A stretch of 61,863 bases of DNA, filler included, from Choristocarpus tenellus KU-1152 (lineage: Eukaryota > Protista > Phaeophyceae): NCBI GenBank assembly GCA_964200185.2. It is 9 parts of 9 records of this genome, joined end to end, with 100 filler letters (N's around TTAATTAATTAA, not from the genome) between each part and the next. Parts side by side here need not be neighbours in the genome. Positions count along the whole stretch, not along the records: positions 56,295 to 61,863 come from CAXNAD020010394.1; 8 more parts are not named here. The stretch is one strand, 5' to 3'. Every line of letters starts with the position of its first letter. The stretch's first letter is position 1. Under the pieces are notes generated by a model. The model was not told the DNA's origin, searched no databases, and saw only the letters and a program-made list of their open reading frames with translations. The translations under genes were made by a program, and so were the position numbers. This document shows, one piece after another, positions 60,307-61,863 of the stretch.

Positions 60307-61686
60307 ATGGTCTTAGACGAACCTCAAGGGCCCACAGGAGCTCGTCGATTCGAACCCAACCAGGATGTAGAGAATGGCGTCTCGTCAGGCCCCCTCCAGC
60401 GTAGGCATCCTCACACTTTCAGTGCATTGACCATGCCAGATAGATCATCCAATGACTATCCAATCTCGACGTCTTGGGCTCATCGGGTGGCAGGAGGTTA
60501 TGGACGTAGTCGAGTCCGCCGAGTTTTGATTTTCACAATTATATCCTTGTCTTTTGTTGGTATATTTATCTCCTCCCAACTTCTGGGCTTTGCCTCACTG
60601 CATGACTGGGACTCGCATGAGATGGTGCCTGGATGGGGTGTAGGTGGAGTGGCCGAGGTGGGGAAGAGTCAGAGCTATCGTGCTGGAGATAGTCTCCCCT
60701 CCGCCTTCCTCATCGATCGAGTGGGAGGAGTGTTGGGAGAGAACCTCAGCCCCAGGTGGGCCCAGCAAGCTGGTTCTGGTCGAAAGAACCTTGGAGATCA
60801 TACTCCTGACGTGGGTGATCAACTGAAACAAGGCAAGGTCTACTTGCGGAATGAGGGTAGGGGGGAGTGGGATGGAGGCAGGAAACGGTGTAAAAATACT
60901 GTCCAGGGCCGAGTATTCCTCACAGATTCGGAGGGGAATGTCTGTCGCCGAGCTAACCTCGACCCGACCCGTCCAGGATGCTGCGCAGTTACAACAGGAC
61001 AGTCAACCTCTCCCCACCTCTCCTCACCAATGGAGACTTCTCACAGGGTGACGCCATATGCCCCAGGAAGAACAGTCCATGAAGGCAGCGAGTGGGGCGG
61101 AGGAAAAACTGAGAGATATGATCATGTCAAAAAGATAAATGCTGATGACCCCAGTGCAGCAGACGTGGCACTACAGTCGCTGAGGATGTTACCTGATATC
61201 CTTTCCCGATACTCTTGTTGGGGCTGCGATGTCGCAAGCTCTTGCTGCGAAGTTTTCGAGTTTTGCGTCTCTTGCTGCATGGATCCTTCGCGAGGTCCGG
61301 AACGCCTCGCCCAGTTGCAAGGTACCAATGGCCACGGCGGTGGTGATGGCAAGAAGGGCAATGGCGATGCAACTCATGCCGCATCGTATCGCATCACCTG
61401 GGGAGGCGCAGGGCATGGGGACAATGGTGGGGGCTTCAATGATGAAAGCAAACACAAAAGTAGAGGGGGCAAAAAGGAGGGAGAGGAGGTATTTGATTTC
61501 TGTAATTTCAAGTGCCGCACATACTCGGGCAGTGTTTCACATGAGAACACCTACAGGGGCCCCAGCAAGCATTGCTTTGGGTGGTTGCGCCCACCCCTTG
61601 TGCCAGGAATGTCAGTCAACAGTGATGGGTTGCGGGTGGCGGCACTGGCTAAAGCAAGGTGGAAGGGCTTACCAATACCCTTGTAA
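60307..61686 (+). CDS. SPRING1: SPRING1/C12orf49 (UPF0454) family, Cys-rich type II membrane protein
   Basis: Intronless 459-aa ORF with one N-terminal TM segment (VLIFTIISLSFVGIFI) and family motifs CKNTVQGRVFLTDSEGNVC...GCC, YSCWGC...CCEVFEFCVSCCMDP and FDFCNFKCRT.SGSVSHENTYR...HCF. Confidence 0.9.
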   Translation: MVLDEPQGPTGARRFEPNQDVENGVSSGPLQRRHPHTFSALTMPDRSSNDYPISTSWAHRVAGGYGRSRVRRVLIFTIISLSFVGIFISSQLLGFASLHDWDSHEMVPGWGVGGVAEVGKSQSYRAGDSLPSAFLIDRVGGVLGENLSPRWAQQAGSGRKNLGDHTPDVGDQLKQGKVYLRNEGRGEWDGGRKRCKNTVQGRVFLTDSEGNVCRRANLDPTRPGCCAVTTGQSTSPHLSSPMETSHRVTPYAPGRTVHEGSEWGGGKTERYDHVKKINADDPSAADVALQSLRMLPDILSRYSCWGCDVASSCCEVFEFCVSCCMDPSRGPERLAQLQGTNGHGGGDGKKGNGDATHAASYRITWGGAGHGDNGGGFNDESKHKSRGGKKEGEEVFDFCNFKCRTYSGSVSHENTYRGPSKHCFGWLRPPLVPGMSVNSDGLRVAALAKARWKGLPIPL

Positions 61687-61863
61687 CTACCCCCAACACC
61701 TGTTCTTCTTGCCTTAGCTCCTTCGCAGGCAATTTGACGCCAGCATTGGATTTGAATAGAGTAGAGGGTTATTAGGTAGATGTCCTTTTGCCCCCCCCCC
61801 CCCCCCCCCCGCGTTCTGTTCCCATGCGGGAAAAAACAAAAAACGCCCAAACTTTATATCCGT

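Overview
Eukaryotic, intron-rich DNA, most likely from a brown alga or related ochrophyte (inferred from a bipartite signal/transit peptide, interstitial TTAGGG tracts and GT-AG introns). The window is not one locus: nine contigs are joined by eight artificial 100-bp linkers (44 N + TTAATTAATTAA + 44 N), so no synteny can be read across the linkers. Most ORF-track entries are spurious; the real genes are spliced. Manually reconstructed genes: a complete 8-exon plastid-targeted DUF3598-like gene (-), a single-exon PH-like gene, a partial BUB1-like kinase gene with an intronic tRNA-Gly(GCC), a partial coiled-coil gene, a partial USP14/UBP6 gene with an extra SH3/Tudor-like exon inside the catalytic domain, an atypical non-RD (HGD/DFE) protein kinase with two adjacent pseudogenised paralog fragments, and an intronless SPRING1/C12orf49 homologue. 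Repeats: about 10 copies of a ~258-bp TIR MITE with 3-bp TSDs and a central palindrome, a G-tract sister family lying at many contig breaks, a CRE-like LINE, DD39D mariner and IS630-like remnants, a deleted LTR element, and mini/microsatellites. I found no clear-cut new multi-gene system. The strongest leads are the USP14 domain-insertion exon, the MITE family and its CpG-decay signature, and the kinase paralog cluster with a precise intron presence/absence difference.
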